Source: Octopus sinensis
Taxonomy: Eukaryota
Assembly (NCBI RefSeq): GCF_006345805.1
Contig: NC_043006.1
Location: forward strand, 10,044,001 to 10,108,000
Length of the DNA: 64,000 nt
Direction of reading: 5' to 3'
Shown here: piece by piece, positions 24,960 through 38,764 of the stretch
Layout of the letters: the number at the start of each line of letters is the position of its first letter
Numbering within the stretch: the first letter of the stretch is position 1
Made by a program: the position numbers and the translations under genes
Notes under the pieces: model-generated
The model's database searches: none
What the model saw: only the letters and a program-made list of their open reading frames with translations
Told to the model about the DNA's origin: nothing

Positions 24960-27900
24960 ATTCTGTCTAAACTGATAATTTCCTGTTTACCATTCATATC
25001 CAAAGTCATAGTTTTATCTTTGATTGACAAAACTTTAAAAGGTCCAGTGTATTTATGATTCAGTGAATGATGACCGGCATCATTACGTACAAACACATGA
25101 CTACAAGAATTAATATCAGAAGGGACTGAACTTTTGATATTTTATGATATACTTGTAAAAGAATGAACATCAGAATTTGCAAAATTACCTAATGTTACTT
25201 TAATGGGATGATTCACTTCTGTTCTTTGGCACGGCATACACGATTTAACCGAAGAACGAATATCCTTTTTCATACCAGGTCAAACGAATTGACTTGATAT
25301 TAATTTTAATGAAGCTCCAATACCAGGATCAGATAATTTATGTAAAGTACAAAAATCAATTTTTCTATGCTTTTCAGGCACAAATGGTCTAGAAAATCCT
25401 GTAAAAATATCACATTAAATCATGGCAATAATTCAAATTTCAAAGAGGTAGAACTGGAAACTTTATATAAAGAAAATTCTTTATCAGTCGTTTGATCTTT
25501 GGACATTTCTTTAAATTGATAGTGCTTAATGAACGTAATGCATAAGTATTCATTCGAGAAAGTGTATCAGCTGAAGAATTTTCAACACCCTTGATATACC
25601 GTATACCCACAGTATACTGTGAAATATAATCAAGGTGTCTAATTTCTCTGGAAGAATATTTTTCTGAAGAATTTTTTAGTGCATGTGTCAATGGTTTATG
25701 GTCAGTAAATGATGTAAATAACCTACATTCAAGAAGATGTCTGAAATATTTAATTTACAAGTAAGCTACCAATAACTCTATGCCGAAAACGCTGTGTTTC
25801 GTTTATGCTGCCTTGAATTTCTTTTAAAGAATGATAATGGTTGCCAAAATCCACAATGAAACTGTTATAAAACTCCACCGATTCCAACGTCGGAAGTATC
25901 AACTATCAACGATAACTTTGCTTCAGGAACCGGATCGTTTAAGAGTGTTGCTTCACAAGGTTCTTCTTTTATGCTTTGAAAAGCCTGTAATTCTTCATCT
26001 TTTAAATATATAGCTTAAGTTTTCTTTTTCCTATTCTTTAATAATTCAGTTAAAAGAAATAACCTTTCTGTGCAACGTGGAATGAAAAGTCTGTAGGATA
26101 TTCCCGAAGCTTTCGTAAAGAATTTGGTACTGGGAATTTATTAATAGCTTCAACTTTGGCAGTGAGAGAATTCCATCTTTATCAATGAGATATCCTAAAA
26201 ATGATATAGTGCGTTCACTGAAAACACACTTTAATGGATTTATCACTATACCATATTTAGTCAGTCTTTCGAAAAATTGTTTTACGTGATTTTCATGAAC
26301 TGCTTCTGGCGGACTAGCAATGAGAATATCGTCTATATAAGCAAATACGAAATGTAAATCTCTTGTCATCGATGAATCTCTGGAAAGAATTTGCTGCGTT
26401 CCTCAATCCGAAAGGCATACGAGGGAATACATACAACCCAAATGGAGTTGCAATATCATTTTTTGGTTTATCACTCTCTTCAACAGAAATTTGATTGTAT
26501 GCTCTAACTGAATCTATCTTCGAAAAGATATTACAATCACTCAACGAAGTTGCTAATCATGGATATGTGGAATTGAGTTTCTTCTTGTGTTTTTGCATTA
26601 AGCTGTCTAAAAGTTACGCATGGACGTCAGTCTGTGAGATTTTGTTTTACTAAAACTAAATGTTGAGACCAGTTACTGCTAGAAGGACGAATTATTCCGG
26701 GGTCTAACATGTGACGAAATTCGGCCTTAGCAATTTTTAATTTCTCTGGAGATAATCTTCGAGGTTCCCAAAAACTTGGTGGTCCATGGGTTACAATGTG
26801 ATGAGGGGCTGAATGAACACATTTGGTGTTTGGAGCTAATGGTTTTGTAACTTCAGGGTAATTCTTCAAAATCCTCTGATAACGATTTTCGGAGGACGCC
26901 ATAAAATATAACGGACTAATTGTCGCGTTCCTGCAATTCATGACTTGAATGTTAAATGAAGTAACTATGCCTATCAATTTTTATTTCTTTACAACTACCA
27001 GTAAATTGTAATCTGAAAGAAAATCTTCCCCCAATATCGGACAAGGCAAATCTGCTACAATGAAAATTCACTCATATTCTGTTCTTAAATGTAAATCTAG
27101 AGTTAAACTAATTTCTCAAAATGTTTGGATATCAGACCGATTAACAGTTTGTAGAGTCAAATAAGCAGGCTTAGGTTTCTCTTTTAAAAGTTTAACCGGC
27201 CAAATGGAACAAGCCGCCCCTGTATCAACTAAGAATCTTTGTTTGGAGTTAGACTCAAATATGAAGAATACGCGACTTCTTTATGAAGTTACCCACAGGT
27301 TTCGTCGCGTCTAATCTTTAGAAAATCAAACGAGCATGGTTTAACACGATGATAGGATTTGTCACCGAATGTTGAATGGTACCTACATATAGCGTTTCCT
27401 CTGGAACTTTTCGATTCTCCATGTCATCTTGCATTATTTCCGTTATGGGAACGCTTATCTCTTCCATCTTGAAGACTTTCAATTTTGTCTGTTAATAATC
27501 TTATTTGTTTTTCATAAGTTTTTTTCATCTGTAATTCTGAAGAAATGGATAGTATGGCATTTAAAGACTCTCTAGATGATAATTCCAATATACCATCTGC
27601 TAATTGTTTTAGAGAGTTTTGCTCTTTCACCGTTGAAAGTAGAGTTTGATTGCTATGAGGCAACTTGCCAAAGAAAAATTCTTTACGATAAGACTCCTCT
27701 ATTTCCGGGAAGTTCTTTCATTCTTCTAAGGCGTTGAGTAGGTTTTCTGTCACCTGGATATTCGTTATTGAAACAAGGAGCATGAAGTCCTCGTATCTCT
27801 TCCTTTAGAGAAGAATACGGAATTGATTCGGTAGGATCTATTAATGAGTCTCTAATTTCATTGCTCAGAGGTGGTGATACGTTGCTTAATGTAATGTTAT

Positions 27901-27995
27901 ATTTTTGTGCCACTGTTGTTATTTTTTTTGCTGCAAAACTTGCTTATAATTGAGGAAACCAGATAATGGTGTCACCCATTCAAACGGGAGGCAAA
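24960..27995 (-). pseudogene. gypsy gag-pol remnant with many stops and frameshifts
   Basis: gag LP(F)..WF.Q..A.F..KIT (~27950); protease RFLVDTGAACS (~27230); RT IIRPSSSNWS, TPFGLY..PRMPFGLRNA and YIDDILI; RNase H D(T)SDVGIGGVL and HLDYISQY..ADTLSR; integrase zinc finger PGMKKDIRSSVKSCMPCQ (~25240) and C-terminal GPFKVL (~25040). Confidence 0.92.
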
Positions 27996-28303
27996 CTGCC
28001 ATAGTAGCTTGCATTTATCCTCTATCGAAATAAAACATTTCGAACTCTTTAATATTTTCTTCAATTCCAACGTATTAAAATTTTCAAGAAAAATTTTCAC
28101 TTTGTGAAATAATGCTCTCAACAACTATGAAGTATAAATTTAGTTTGCAAGAAAGTGCAGTTAAAACCTTTCTTCAGCGATCTTTCTTCTTTCAACATTT
28201 AATATGAAACTTTTCAACGAAGCTATCGTCTCTTTTCTATATAAAATTTTATATATTTTTCACAAGGCTCACCACTTTTACAATGTGGTGATTTACCTAT
28301 TTG

Positions 28304-28323
28304 ATCACGTCGGTGGGTCACCA
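28304..28323 (-). promoter_or_regulatory. Primer-binding site complementary to the tRNA-Trp 3' end
   Basis: The minus strand reads TGGTGACCC(AC)CGACGTGAT immediately after the 5' LTR. tRNA-Trp ends ..ATCACGTCGGGGTCACCA; this copy has a 2-nt insertion. Confidence 0.85.
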
Positions 28324-28324
28324 G

Positions 28325-29085
28325 TTTTATAAAGCGGTGGTTTTGTCAAGTTTATAACGGACTGAGATTATCATATTTATATGGTTTCGACTTGGAATGC
28401 ATAATAAATATATGTTATTTCTTGAGTAGGAATCTATGGTGATAAACCCGTGACTTATAACTTAATTATAATATTATCACTATACATAAATCTGAACCCA
28501 GGCTGCATAAACAACAAGACGCTGAAACGTACATGTATGTTGAAGATGAATAAGGTAGTCTTCTTTTTCACCGCTATAATAACAGTTTCATAGTTGAAGA
28601 AATAAGTTTCATTAACAGGCTGAAATAAAGAAGAAAGAGAAAATATTTACTAAATCAGCTTATTTACTTTCATTTATAAGTCAAAAGAAAACTGTCGTAG
28701 AGGATTACGACATAAAATATATATTAGTTAATTCTTTCATACCAAGCTACCAGAGTTTTACGCAACAATTCAAAATAGTCTTGTTGGAATTAGATATACA
28801 CATGGTATAAAAATAGCCAATATCTCAAAGGAGTGAGTGTCGTGGGAATGAGTGACAACCAACGAACACTGATTAATTTCCCCAAAATCAGGCTTTTTAT
28901 AACTGCTCATCCTTGAATTCTAAGAACCGAATTTCGAGATAGATTTCTCTTTGACGAAAGTTTAGAATTCAAATATGGGAAGTAATTTTAACCAATGGGA
29001 AACTAAGAATTATACTTGTTCGGGCAAACATGATCGTTACGTCATATTAGCGCCATAAATTCTATTCATGACTTGTGCCGCTACA
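28325..29085 (-). repeat. 5' LTR of the gypsy element (~760 bp), starting TGTAGCGG
   Basis: Direct repeat of 23961-24765; homology ends at GCTACA (29085). Confidence 0.92.
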
Positions 29086-30172
29086 TATTCATATCGGGTG
29101 TTTAGCAAAAGAAAAACCTAAGTAGATATTATGGTATAAATGACATATACTGCGATATTATGTTCATCTATATTAAAGCAATACAAAATTAGTATATAGA
29201 GTTTAATTCAAGTATGTATAGTCATTATTAATATTTAATTAAGGTGGAAGTCATTCCAGGCAATCTATTATTGTAAATATCGAAATGGTTCAAATAGTTA
29301 TAAGATATATATTAACTTAATGCTAGTATACATGCAATTTTTAAAATGAAATCAAGAATAAAACAAAATAGATAGAACATAAAGTAAAAATAGAGTAAAA
29401 ATAAATAAATGAATGAGGACTTACGTATTATATCCGTTCACCTTTTAAAAGAAATTATTAATGGGATAGCCTAATTTTATTAATCTATCTCATAAGGAAT
29501 TATTGGACAAAGATTGAAAATTTCAGATATACAGTGTTCCCTTGGTGAGATACGGGATGTAAATACGTTAAGCGGCTCATGTAAGCAGATATAGTATTTA
29601 ACATAGATAGATAAATAAATAATTAAATGGATGTAAATATATGCTGAACGTAATAAGGTCTATACCATGTTCTATACTATGTTAGTTAACGGGTTGCAGC
29701 CGTTTGCTAAATATGCAGGAACTGAACATCTATCGTAAAATACATCTGACAAGATTCGATTTTTATTAATTTTCTGTAGATCTGGCCTTCAAAAGTTACA
29801 AACTAAAATCGAAAAGATAAAAAAAGAAATCTAGTTGACATGTTGCTGCACTTTTGCAAAGAGATCTCATTTTTACAGCGGGTTGGGAATACAACCATTT
29901 CAACACCCTTTTGTTAACAAACGAAAATTAACTGTATCATTTCTTTTAGAAGTACACGTAGAAACATTTGGTGGGGATTAAGGATAGAAGGAGACAAAGA
30001 ATGGGATAGAGGAAAGAAGAGAAAAAGGAGAGGAGGAGGAGAGGAGAAATATCAAACAAACGTCGGTGTAGGAAGAGTATAATGAGCTATTTGAAGAGGA
30101 AAGAGAGAGATGCATATACAGATATATGCGTATATGTATATATGTATATATGCCTGCATGTGTGTATGTATG

Positions 30173-30203
<31 letters not shown>

Positions 30204-30966
30204 TATATTCTATCTGGACCCGTGAAAAAATGCGCGGAAAAGATAGAAAATGTAAGCGTCAGTAAATTGTGTGCTGATGCCACGATAAATATGGTTCGAT
30301 ATTGTGACACGTACAGAATATATAAAAGAGCGTAAAACCGATAACTCTATGATATCTCAGTTGCGCGAACGTAAAGAGAATTACTATTTAGCTTTAAAAT
30401 TCATTGTACTTATTCAAAAAAACTTCTTGATTTAATATATATATATATATTATTCCATATCAGGTGATTATTATTTTCAAATATTCTAGCACAAACATAA
30501 TAAAATCTATTTAGGATGCAATATTGACTTCCAATATTGTTAAATGTACAGATTCCAAAGCTTGAAGCTATCGACGTTGCCTCATTCAGAAATTTGAGAC
30601 TTTGATTCTAGTATCGTTCCCACACGGGTGGCACAGTTAACAACCGTTTCAGGAGCATCAGTGGGTGCTTATCGCGGGATAAATAGATAGAACTCGTTAA
30701 AATAATAGTTCCGCAATGTATTTTCTCATTTCCTAGAAAGAAAAGCAGAAAAGTAAGGAAATATCTTCATTTATATAGGAAATCAAAAATTAATTCACAG
30801 ATGGTAAAAAGAAATGAACACGCAATACAGCGAGAAAAGTATTTAAAATAACCTTTAACAGATATGGATGTATAAAAGTCCTCGCACAAACTGCATAGCG
30901 CATATACGTTCGCTCATACAAGCATCCACAAAAATCTAAGCATACGCACACTTGTGGTTTGGTGCA

Positions 30967-31048
<82 letters not shown>

Positions 31049-31053
31049 ATATA

Positions 31054-31095
<42 letters not shown>

Positions 31096-31127
31096 TATAC
31101 ATATATATATATATATACATATATATA

Positions 31128-31169
<42 letters not shown>

Positions 31170-31188
31170 CACACACACACACACACAC

Positions 31189-31222
<34 letters not shown>

Positions 31223-31679
31223 AACATATATATATATACACACACACACATTATATATATATACATATATATATATATGTGTGTGTGTGTATGTGTAAAT
31301 GTAATATGTGACAATTATTCAGTAGCCCTGAGAAATTTCTCAGAGTTTAGGATGCCAAGGTGGAAATCCTTGCCGCCATCTCTTCAGTTATCCGGCCATC
31401 GGAAGAATACTATGAAAAATGACCGTTATTAAGACAAAAGTGTTATTTGAATTACCGCTAAGTGAGGAGAGGAAGTAAAAGTAAAGGGGTAAAAAAGTCC
31501 ATAGTATTCGCGTAAGCGTGCATGTCCATACCTACACATGCGCGCCCGCACACCCATGTTCATGCACCTAAAAGTATTCACTGATCCACCTTCACTTGAA
31601 ATGTACACATCCTCACCGGCACCATTCGCCAAATATATATATACAAACCCACACACTCACACGCCCACCATAAATGTTC

Positions 31680-31712
<33 letters not shown>

Positions 31713-31728
31713 CGTGCGTGTGTGTGTG

Positions 31729-31768
<40 letters not shown>

Positions 31769-33317
31769 AATTTTTTGTGTAATGAGATAAAAAAACAAAG
31801 CTGTATAGATATTAGAGCATTTATAGATAGGTCTTTCATCTGTTTCTAGAATATTAATAAATAATAATATCCCTTCATCGGAGACGGTGTGAGAGGAAAA
31901 GTTAAGTCATAGTTAGTTTCGAAATTAACTATGACTTAGAACCAACGCTGACATAGAACCAACGTTGAACCCTTTATTCGCAATATTACCGAATCTATAA
32001 CTTAACTATGGTCTGTCTATAGCACTTATTCAGTATTACCTGACACCTTTGGGTCTCAATGACACCATTATTTCTTATATATATATATATATACGATTCC
32101 ATATCAGGTGAGTATTATTTTCAAATATGCTAGCACATACATAATAAAATCTATTTAGGATGCAGTATTGGCTTCCAATATTGGTAAATATACAGATTAA
32201 AAAGCTTGAAGCTATCGACGTTGGCTCGTTCACAAATTTGAGACTTTGAATCTAAAATAGTAACTATTGTATGCAAAGTTTAAACAGTTGTTTTGTTGAC
32301 AAAGTTCAGTAAACTTTATGCATTTAGTAAACATATAAACGCTATGCACTAACGTTTTCACTAGTGTTTCAAAGTCTTGAAAAGGAATGACGAACTAATG
32401 ATTTTATAGCTGCGAAGGGGAACACTTACTACGTCACAATATAACAATTGTTTATTGATGACCAACAAAATAAAATTTTGAGAAGGTTGCAAGTCGTAAC
32501 GAAATTTTTAGAAACATAAGAAAGAAATAGGTGGAAAATTTACCGGTGAGGGTGTTAAAGAACTAAAAGGCACTAAAAAGAGAATTGAGTCTCCCCAGAC
32601 ACAACAAAATATGCTTCAACACAGGAACCCACATAAAGAATCTTGCAAACCAAATCCAAATAACAATATATATAAAAATATATATTTAATTAAAAATATG
32701 CATATATATATATATAAGGGCTATTGTGTATATAATCTATATATATATATATATATATATATGTAATGATATATGTGTATATAATCACACAAACATACAC
32801 ATGTACATATATATGTATGCATGTATGTTTTTTGTATCTATATATGTGGATATGAGTGAGTGGGTGTGCATCGTAATAACCATTTGTGAGTTTCGTAAGC
32901 ACAAAATGCTCAACATATATACATATATATATTATAATTGATGACTGCAGATGGTTAAATAAAGTGAGACAAAACTCAGAAATTGCCAGATTCTAATCCG
33001 TATTATGAAGGCAAAATGTGTCCTATTACATCACAAAGTATCTTCCGAACAGTAAATTAACAAATTTTACTGTAAAAAACCTTCAGATGCATCTGATAAC
33101 GAAACCGTAATCCTTGGGATAGTTACCGTCAACTAGAGGTATAATATATATTTTATGGAAATAATTTAAAGTGCTCAGTAGAGTTATAGATCATAGCTGC
33201 AAATATATAATCTAATAAGATTCACAGAAGCTGCAAAAATTATGTCGAAATTAGTCTAATATTAAGCAATAATAAATCTCTGAACGAGGGGTAAATAGTA
33301 ACCGTTCGACAACGTAA

Positions 33318-33722
33318 AGTATACTAGCCATCTCAATATGGCTAACCACTAAGGGTGGGTGTTACTGTAGCTTTTAGCCCCAGGAGATCATCGTCTCCAG
33401 CTGGCTTTAGTTACACTTTCTGTGCCCTTATGATATTTGCAAAGGGAAGTCATCTCTTTCACGCAAACCTAAGTGATACGCACTGACTGCAGTTTCGAGG
33501 TATTTGTCTCTTGTCAACGTACGGTAATCACCGGTTTTCGATGAAGAGAGACCTGTTTGCAAATATCTATTTAATGTTTTTCCCAGGAGCCACCGTCACT
33601 GATTTCGAAAAATTGCCTGCAAGCAATAATAAATATCTGAACGAGACGATGATCTCCAGGGGCTAAACGCTACAGTAACACCAACCCTTAGTGGTTAGCC
33701 ATATTGAGATGGCTAGTATACT
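33318..33722. mobile_element. MITE-like element with 80-bp terminal inverted repeats
   Basis: 33318-33397 and 33643-33722 are reverse complements with 3 mismatches; the ends are AGTATACT, compatible with a TA target duplication. Confidence 0.85.
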
Positions 33723-34129
33723 AATCTAATATTATTTTACAGAAAAATATACCTAAAAGTTTTCAATTTTTGATTATCACAACTTACATATACAGAGTAA
33801 AATCTATGAAGAAAATAAGCCTTCTCTTACATTGTAGCATGTTATGCAAAGTACAATCCATATTCACGACTTTTTTTACTCTTCCCGCTGCACATAAATT
33901 TTCCAAATGAAGTAAGTTTTATTTGATTTCGATTTTAAATTTCACATCAATAATCCAGTGTTTCTCATTAATATTAAAGTATGTGATCACTATTGTGTTT
34001 TGAAAAGGAATGGCGGGTTAATGATATTATAACTGCGAAGGGGAATAGGAACACTCATTACGTCATAATATAACAGTTGTCTATTGATGACCAACAGAAT
34101 GAACTTTTAAATTGTTCATGTAAATAGTA

Positions 34130-34183
<54 letters not shown>

Positions 34184-36099
34184 AATTAAAAACAGAACAC
34201 AAAGGATATCACGGTACACGTATTTCAAGCTTTATAAACAACCCGTTATTAGATCAGTGGCATACACAAGTGCTTACACGTATAAAGTGTTTACCCTAAA
34301 TTTACAGTATATATATATATATATATATATGTACAAATTATCTTCATGCGCAGACACATATCCACAAACCCCTCCCCTCCCATACATATATACAGACAGA
34401 GAGAGAGACAGACAGACCGACAGACAGACAGACAGAGATAGAGACGGAGGCAGAGAGAGAGAGAAATAGATATGTATGTATATGTATATATATATATTTG
34501 TGTGTGCACACACACATATAGTTTAATAAGAGAGAGCATGCAAAGAATATGATTCAGTGCCGTGCATATGGAAAGAAAAGTAGAGGTCAGCGACGTAATT
34601 GTTTTATTGACGGTCAGAAAATTCCTCAGGCTAATTATTCATTCCTCCCATAAATTACACACAATAATAGCGAATACGTTTTTACTACAGAAACAGACTT
34701 CTTTTCGTATGTGATGTAATATTTGACAACGAAATTTTGTGTCCCACAAGCACCTCTGGAAACGGATGTTATGTATTAAGCCAAAATTTGAGTCAACTTG
34801 CATACACGTGAAGCCAGGAAATATCCGAATTCGCTTCTCCGCGCTACTCATCAATGTATCTTTGCTCAGAACTCTGTTTTCGCTTCAGTTTATCTGATGT
34901 AGACAATCATTACACACCTCAGACTCAATTTACGATGTATAAAGAAATAAATGCTCTTACTACAGATGAATTAACATTTAAATAAGTTTTCTTTTGAGGA
35001 AATCGTTATCCTCTTTCAGCAGATGCAATATGTATTTCTAAATATTGTCCACTGGGCATCATAATAAACAAGTTATTTTTTTATTTTACTGAATAAAAAC
35101 CTATGAAATATAAGTCGCTGTATTTCCTTACAAAATAAAACACACGTTGCGTTCCAAAGTATGTGAGTTATATCGCCACGGAAAGAGCCTTTGAATGTTT
35201 TTGTGCGCGAGAGTGTTTATATGGGATACTAGAAAACATTTACACAATGAAATAATATCTATTATTCATCTGGTTTGCTGCCGTGCCAGTCTTTATCAAA
35301 CACCTTACAATACGGGAATTTCTTCTCCACAATTCTGTGCGACTAGTTCGTGAAAGATAGGTATCATAATGTTTAAACATGTTTATTCATCACGCCACTT
35401 TTTTTCTTTGTTAGATTGGAGCAATAAAGGAGATATTATTCAACCTGTCTAAGGGTGAATGCTGTCTCCGCTGTTTCCTTAAATCAGATAATGAAATCCA
35501 CATTAACTGTCTCCTCATGTGCCTCTGTTTCATAGCATGCGACGAGATGTTAAACGTGCAATGTAGGAAATACTGACATGTTCTTCCAACATAATGTTTC
35601 TTATATAAAATTTCTTTGTTGGAGATTGCATTTGTCAGCGATAAGATTTAACTTGAATTTACTAATTTGTATCTGACTAGACAAATGTAGGAAATATTAG
35701 TACTGATGTTCTTGTTTTAAGCGTTTGTTCACGGCACTTCCTTTTATGGTACGTTTCAGAATTAAGCAGTATATATATATTTTAGCTTTTTTATTAATAT
35801 TTGTTTTAGATCTTAATTTCTATAGAATATACTGTTTCCGTTCAATGTAATTCTCTTTGGTGGCGTTTTCTGAATGTAAAGGAACTATTATAATTTTAGA
35901 GTTTAAAATAAATACAATTTAAAATAAAGTAAAACATTTAGGTGACTTAGCCGGGATAATGCAACCATCTAAATGGGTACAATTCCATCCATGTAAAAAG
36001 AAACAATAAAATAAAAATGTAAGTATATAAATACATTTTATAAAGATATAACCATCGACAAACATCAGATAGGTACTTTCGTTCTTTTTTTTATTTAGG

Positions 36100-36290
36100 C
36101 TCAATTTCAGCCATTTTGCGTGGAGGTTTATAGTTCATACCATAAACATTGCACTTATTCTTAAATCTTTATCGACTGTAGAGGGTTGAAAGGCAAAGTT
36201 GTCACCGACCAGATTTGTACTTAGAATGGAAGCAGTCGGAACAAATGTCACAAGGCATTTTGTCCGACTTTGCTCATCATTTGCCACACA
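36100..36290 (-). mobile_element. Degenerate copy of the second SINE family
   Basis: TTTATCGAC..GAAAGGCAAAGTTG..CAAGGCATTTTGTCCGAC resembles the reverse complement of 42363-42500. Confidence 0.6.
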
Positions 36291-38764
36291 CCGAATAATT
36301 GTTTGTAGCCCGAAAACAAAACCAGAATTTTGCGATCATGTGAAAATCGATTAAATCCGGTCAGCTGTTAATTTGTAATTTACATCAACGACCCCAGTAT
36401 GACAAAACGCCAAAGCGATTTTGGCAGGATTAGCACGAAAAATAGATTGTGAAGTGCTGGCAAGCGTTTTATCTGGTCCTCTACTAATTTTAAGAATATA
36501 GTCTTAGGGTTTCATTGTTTTATACATTTTAAAAATTATTACTACGTATAAAACAACTCGATGTTATTCTTAGAGATCAATTATTCACATTTTAACATAA
36601 CGTATTTCGGCTTCTCTATTCGTACCATTTGCTTAATCTTTTAAAACCTATCTTGCCTCTGGGCATTATGACAAGCGAAATCTTATTTGCTACTTCACTT
36701 TTTAGAAATATAATGTTCTAAACATTTAATTTTTTGAATACCAAACCCAAAATAATTATAAGATTATATAATGAAAACACTTCCGACGTTATACAATTCA
36801 TAAATTGTCAACCTAACTACAATTTATTCTTGAAGTGTTATGCAAGGTATTAGCTTGTTTAATATGTAAATGTCCTCTATGGCCAAAACCTTTGTAGCTG
36901 GTATTTTGTGTGCTACTGGAAGCATCTAATTACTTTCAGTTATACTGCAGCAGTTCCGATATTTCTACTAATTATTATAGTGGTTTTCCTGATTGTTAAT
37001 ATCAGTTTTAAGCATGTCATCGTTAATTTTGTTCACTCAGCACAAAACCTATTTTTTGCATCGTTTGTCTGGCGAGATATTTAGAAAGAAAATTAAATAT
37101 TTTAAAGGCTTCTGTGAATCACTCGAGAATGACTGATGAGGTTTCCTAACTAACAACTCTCTGTAATGCCTTAATCGATTATTTCTACACATTAGAAAAA
37201 ATTACACTTGGGTCAAAAGAAAATTTCTCGCAAATGTTAGTTTTACAGTGAAGTCTCCACAGAGACTTGCATTACTTTCGTCTTTTAATTCAACCCCAAA
37301 GTCAGTCGTTGGAAGCATCCAACAAGAACGTAGCCCTTTATTGAAAAGCTTTAGAACTACTTTCAAACAATTAAAATATTCATTGAACCATTCATTAAAA
37401 TGGCTAACGTCTCTTTCTAATCTTTTATTTTTTTTTATTATGGGTTTTTTTCTCTGTGTGCCTGGATTCTGAATGAATTGATTACCGCCAAGTTGTTTAA
37501 CACGGTTTTTATCGATTTTTCGTGTTGTTCAAACGGAAATAATCATGCGATATAACGCTTCCTTAAACCTCTTTGACTTTAAGGTCACTAATATGCTACC
37601 TTCTCTTACTAGGACTCCCTTTCTGTCTTTTTAATATTTGTACACGAGGGCATCGCAAACCAGAAACGAAACCGTATTTGGAGACACAATGTAAAACAAG
37701 CCAACCATTATAAAATCGTTTAATTTCCCATAATTGCAAAGACGAAACAGGTTCTTTCTTTCTTTCTTTCCTATTCTGACTGGCTTCATTGCAAAAGGCA
37801 ATGTTTTCATAATAATATTAAAAAATACATTTTCATATAGTCATATAACACTGTCCAGAATACAATTATTTTTATTAGACCGATCGATTTTAGATTAAAG
37901 ATTTAGATTTATACCCAAATGAATATTTAATAGATATAATAATTTTTCCGGTTCTTCAATTAAGCTTTCGAAATAGCATTTCCACTTTCAAATTACTTGA
38001 AACCGATTCTATACAGATCCTTTAACAATTACAATGCACATCTATATCATATTTTGTGTTTAAGCTTAAGAAACAGAAATCTTGTTCTCGGGTTCGAGAT
38101 TACAGTATATATATATATTTATATAGTCGTAACAGAAAAGAGGAATTTCGATTGTCCCCATGTGTGAGTTGTAATGTATATAAGAAATTATAAAAAGAAA
38201 ATACGCACACTTACATAGTTTTAATATAATTTTAAATATATCGACCGGTTTCGCTATAGCTATTCATGATATTATGTTTTAGTTGTTTGAATATGTATTT
38301 TTTCTTAAGAAAAAAATTTTGTCCATGTTGTGCGTGATGAAATTCACGAGTGAATGACTTCACAAGTAGATAAATAAAGTTTAGTAATTGGTTATCGTTA
38401 TTATTGTTATTGTTGTGGGTAAGGGAAATAAATGTTCAGCTTTCGGTAATGGGAAAGGAATATATATGTGTACAGACAAAAACGAGTTTTGAAAACCTTG
38501 TTTAGTGAGTGGATTTATGTACAGTGATGGAATCGTGAATTGAAATATGTAAAAATATAAAAGTTGGTTATGCGTGCATATTAAGACGTGTTCTGTATTT
38601 CTCAATGAAAAAATGTCATTATTTAAACGTTTTAGAGCTTTGCACTAGTAGAAGAGGAGACTGGGAAATTTGGTTTGATGTTATCTGCACATTTTTTTGC
38701 TATATGTTCGCTGAGAGGAATTTGTTTGTATTGCGGGAAACGGATTTGCACCTTATGTAGAGTG

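Larger units (their letters stand above)
23961..29085 (-). mobile_element. Full-length, decayed Ty3/gypsy LTR retrotransposon
   Basis: Two direct LTRs, a tRNA-Trp PBS, and gag-PR-RT-RH-IN in gypsy order on the minus strand. Confidence 0.95.

Noticed and set aside
36935-37085. Hydrophobic, transmembrane-like reading after a TTTCAG
   Set aside because: AT-rich DNA readily yields I/L/F/V runs; there is no donor site or supporting exon.
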